Positions 61,101-64,000 of a stretch of DNA of 64,000 bases are shown piece by piece. Made by a program: the position numbers and the translations under genes. Each line of letters begins with the position of its first letter. Positions within the stretch are counted from its first letter, which is position 1. The notes beneath the pieces are model-generated. The model made no database searches. It saw only the letters and a program-made list of their open reading frames with translations, and was not told where the DNA came from. The stretch lies in assembly GCA_002633005.1 (NCBI GenBank), contig NMRA01000248.1, forward strand, positions 62,001 through 126,000. Reading direction: 5' to 3'. This stretch comes from Phoronis australis (Eukaryota > Animalia > Phoronida).

Positions 61101-64000
61101 CTTGGTTATGAGTTTCCTTTAAATGCTTGACATCCTCAGTTATTTGGGATGTAAGGGCCAATTTCCAACTAAAATAAGCGTTAGTAAGCGCTGGACACTC
61201 AATTGTTAAAATCGGTCCATTTGCTATTCTACTCCCGGATTTCGACAAGGATCTCTAATATTAATAAAATACCTAGCTCAAAGATCCATAGTGCCAGCAC
61301 ACAAAAAACGTCACGTCTTTTTGGGCTTATATTCAAATAAAATGGAACCCGTTTTAAAAATTTCTTACAAAACACATTATTTCTATTAAAAGGTTATGAT
61401 ATATTCATTGTAAATTTTGCAAAACATGTGTATTTGTTTTATTATTTGTTTCAATATTATTGTAGCATGGTTTTAGTAAGTCAATACTATAAACATTGTG
61501 CTGGTAGAGATCAGAGCCGACTGGCATAAAACACAAGGAAAGGAAAAATTGGACTTATAGTGAAGAAATGCTATAGCTTCAAAGTTGAATTCAAGCCTAT
61601 GGTCTTATATTCCGGGTCATTTTTCAATGTTCCAAGAAAATGAATCTTTTCGTCTGCAATGCCACGGCCTCGATACGTGATTTTGCTGGTGTTACCAGCA
61701 ACGTCTTAGCATGGTAACAGTTGCCTAGTTGAGGCAAAGAAGAGTCATTGAACTAAATGAAAACTAGTGGATGCAGTGAAATCAGAAAAGACAAGGTTAC
61801 TGATCAATCTCCGTGTAAATTTTAAGTAAGCATGCGAATCAAATGTGACCGAGCAGTGGCGGATCTAGGATATCACAAGGGGGGGCCCAACAATTTGTCC
61901 GGCTGGAAGCATTTGCGCAAACTGAACCACGATTGTAGATGCGCATAGCACCGAATGGGGGGAGGTCGGGAAATTTTTCTGTTTTTACCTCTAAAAATCA
62001 AGCATTTTCCTTGATTCCTGAAGTATTATCCAAGAAAAAAAGGCAAAAAAAAAACACGGAGAACGTGTCAAACAGATAAAAAAGTGCAGGTATATCAAAG
62101 ACTCGAACTCACTACCTGGCGCTTAGAGCACACGTACGTTACCACTACACCACCACGACTTAACTACACGAGTTATACTAAAAGACTTACTTGTTTATGG
62201 GCCACAGCGTTTGCGCGCGAAACCTACTTCTTTTTGTAATGCTTATTACACGTTTTATATTTTGTGCCATCAATTCTTAACAAATTTGTCGTATTTGAAA
62301 TAGTCTTCAAATGCCCAAAAGACCAAATCCATTTTTCGTGTTGGCAATAATGACGGGATTGCTTTGGAAACCGTTTTAAGATAAGGTTTGACAAAGAGAG
62401 TATTGCGAGTTTCTGAGTGATTCACTAAGGCTTCGATTAAAATTCACATCTTACCAGCAGCTTCTGTTTTTTCATCGTCACTCAGGTTCCATATTCTTTA
62501 AAAAATAAAGTAAATTTTCTTCATTGCACAGTGGAGCAGACGACGGAAACGGAGTCGTAGCGCACAGCGCCGCTGCCGGTCGCCTAGGATTTCGCGGGAG
62601 ATTCTATACTTAGCCATAGTTCCGTTACGAACGCGCCGTGTTCCGAATTTGACACTTGAAATTGGATTTGAGCCCCCCCAACACTAAAACTGCATACATT
62701 TAAATCTTTTTTCATCCGTATAATTTTAATTACCGGGGTTAATTAATATACTTACCATTTCCTTACGCTCTTACTGTTTTATTTTTTTTGCGGCAGCCAA
62801 GGGGGGGGGGGGCGGGCCCCCTGGGCCCCCCCCTAAATCCGCCTATGCCGAGAGTGGTTCTGAGATACAGTATTTAGAATTTCGTTGACCACTTCCCGAC
62901 AGAGGATGTTGAATAACGATTGACACCGTTCTACATTTAATAGTTGCCCGTCAGTGGTTTGGATATTTATAGCAAAATAAACGTGGACTTAAACCTACCA
63001 TTTTGAATAACGACCAATTTTAACAACTAATCACATCAATCAAAGAAAGTGGCTTCTCTAGACCTTGCTCTCTGTACGTGACCTTGCCTTTCGTTGGCTA
63101 GTGGAAACCATATTAGCTTGACATTAACCAATGGAAATGGCGCTTACGTAATAACATATAATCACCTACCTCAATACCAGACGGCAAGTTGAAAGAGAGT
63201 AATCCGAACTTAATAACTCAGATAATTCGCGATTTTGAGCTAGACATTCCCTCAAAGAAGGATCAGTTGCAGTTTCAGATAACTTTAACACGTGCTGTTT
63301 GCTACTAACAAGACAATCGTCATAAAAATTTTATTAAGAAGACTTCAAGTTTTGGCCTGCTGACTATTTAAGGATGCTAGACTAGACAAAGAGCGTTCTT
63401 TTCCTTTGTGCTCACTCAAAGAATAGATCTCAACTAACTGATAGGAGTCCCTTCATAACCGTCGCGCCCCCTATGACTTGGTATCGCTTTACTTATGCTA
63501 GGCTGCCGTTTTGCCACAGCTTCCACTGTAGCACCTGTCGCCATGGATACGGCTGCGTCTTGTGCTTTTGCTACCGTTGGACAACACATCACTGTCTCCC
63601 TGAATTCTGTTGCAGGTGTACATTATTTGAAAGTTCAAGTGATAGGCAAAGGGATCATTACTGAACTCCTGAACTCTTTACTCGAAAGCTTCAATCAGAA
63701 ACACACGATTGACCACCTAACCTCCAATCTCAGTAAGTGAACACGATTGCGCTTTGATAAACATGTTTACCGAAACAAGTTCAAACACTAAACTCTGTAT
63801 GAAATAATACTCCTTGTGGTTCAAAGTAGCTCCTGCAGTAATTACCATGTGTTGATTGTAGATTGCCTGCCGCACCCAAGTCCCGTAGAATATCATTACA
63901 TCTGGAAAATTGCTCTGATTTATGTTGCCATTTGGTTGTTAATGGCTTTAGAGGCCTACGGACTGCGACTGCGACGAGTTGTCACTGCTTTCTTTTTCAA
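55106..64000 (+). CDS. DCST1: DC-STAMP domain-containing protein 1 (DCST1; sneaky/SPE-49-like), continues past window end
   Basis: Phase-consistent exons 55543-55746 (IRCTTMLILPQFFGKSGR), 56151-56359 (GPIANMLRN..VSC), 56451-56628 (YRCE), 57546-57683, 58433-58566, 59255-59409, 59774-59873 (FDNIYITSYFRKIDARR), 60090-60185 (GKRTLLPLKK), 60815-60941, 63616-63732 and 63862-64000+ (CLPHP..EAYGLRLRRVV). The DARR..GKRTLLPL motif matches DCST1 rather than DCST2. Exon 55106-55197 is only a tentative upstream exon. Confidence 0.88.
61854..62847. mobile_element. ~1-kb non-autonomous TIR DNA transposon with 5-bp TSD in a DCST1 intron, subfamily B
   Basis: Ends cagtggcggatctagg / cctaaatccgcctatg; TSD ccgag. 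Confidence 0.72.

Overview
Intron-rich invertebrate animal DNA, probably lophotrochozoan given the Tex31/Mr30-type CAP proteins and Helentron-type repeats. It is not prokaryotic, and I see no rRNA, intact tRNA gene or CRISPR array. Reading splice sites by hand gives the following. (1) Two tandem + strand paralogues of a secreted CAP/SCP + EGF-like + ShKT-like cysteine-rich protein (55-12101, 5'-incomplete, and ~23516-30475). (2) An intronless, divergent PTB/PID-domain ORF between them on the - strand. (3) A near-complete DCST2-like gene on the - strand (52971 to 32544), head-to-head with a DCST1-like gene on the + strand (~55106 to beyond 64000); these are DC-STAMP-family sperm-egg fusion factors. 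(4) An intronless, apparently decaying PEMT copy nested antisense in a DCST2 intron. (5) A ~2.2-kb block with three DCST2 exons present twice around a 4-N gap, most likely two haplotypes that differ by transposon insertions. (6) Many non-autonomous transposons: five CAG..-ended elements each with a perfect 5-bp target duplication, CWG-flanked MITEs, a TTAA Kolobok-like element, a Helentron/HINE-type element, and a Penelope-like GIY-YIG fragment with inverted pseudo-LTRs and a hammerhead-like motif. Coordinates were counted manually and may be off by a few bases. Family assignments come from recalled motifs, not database searches.
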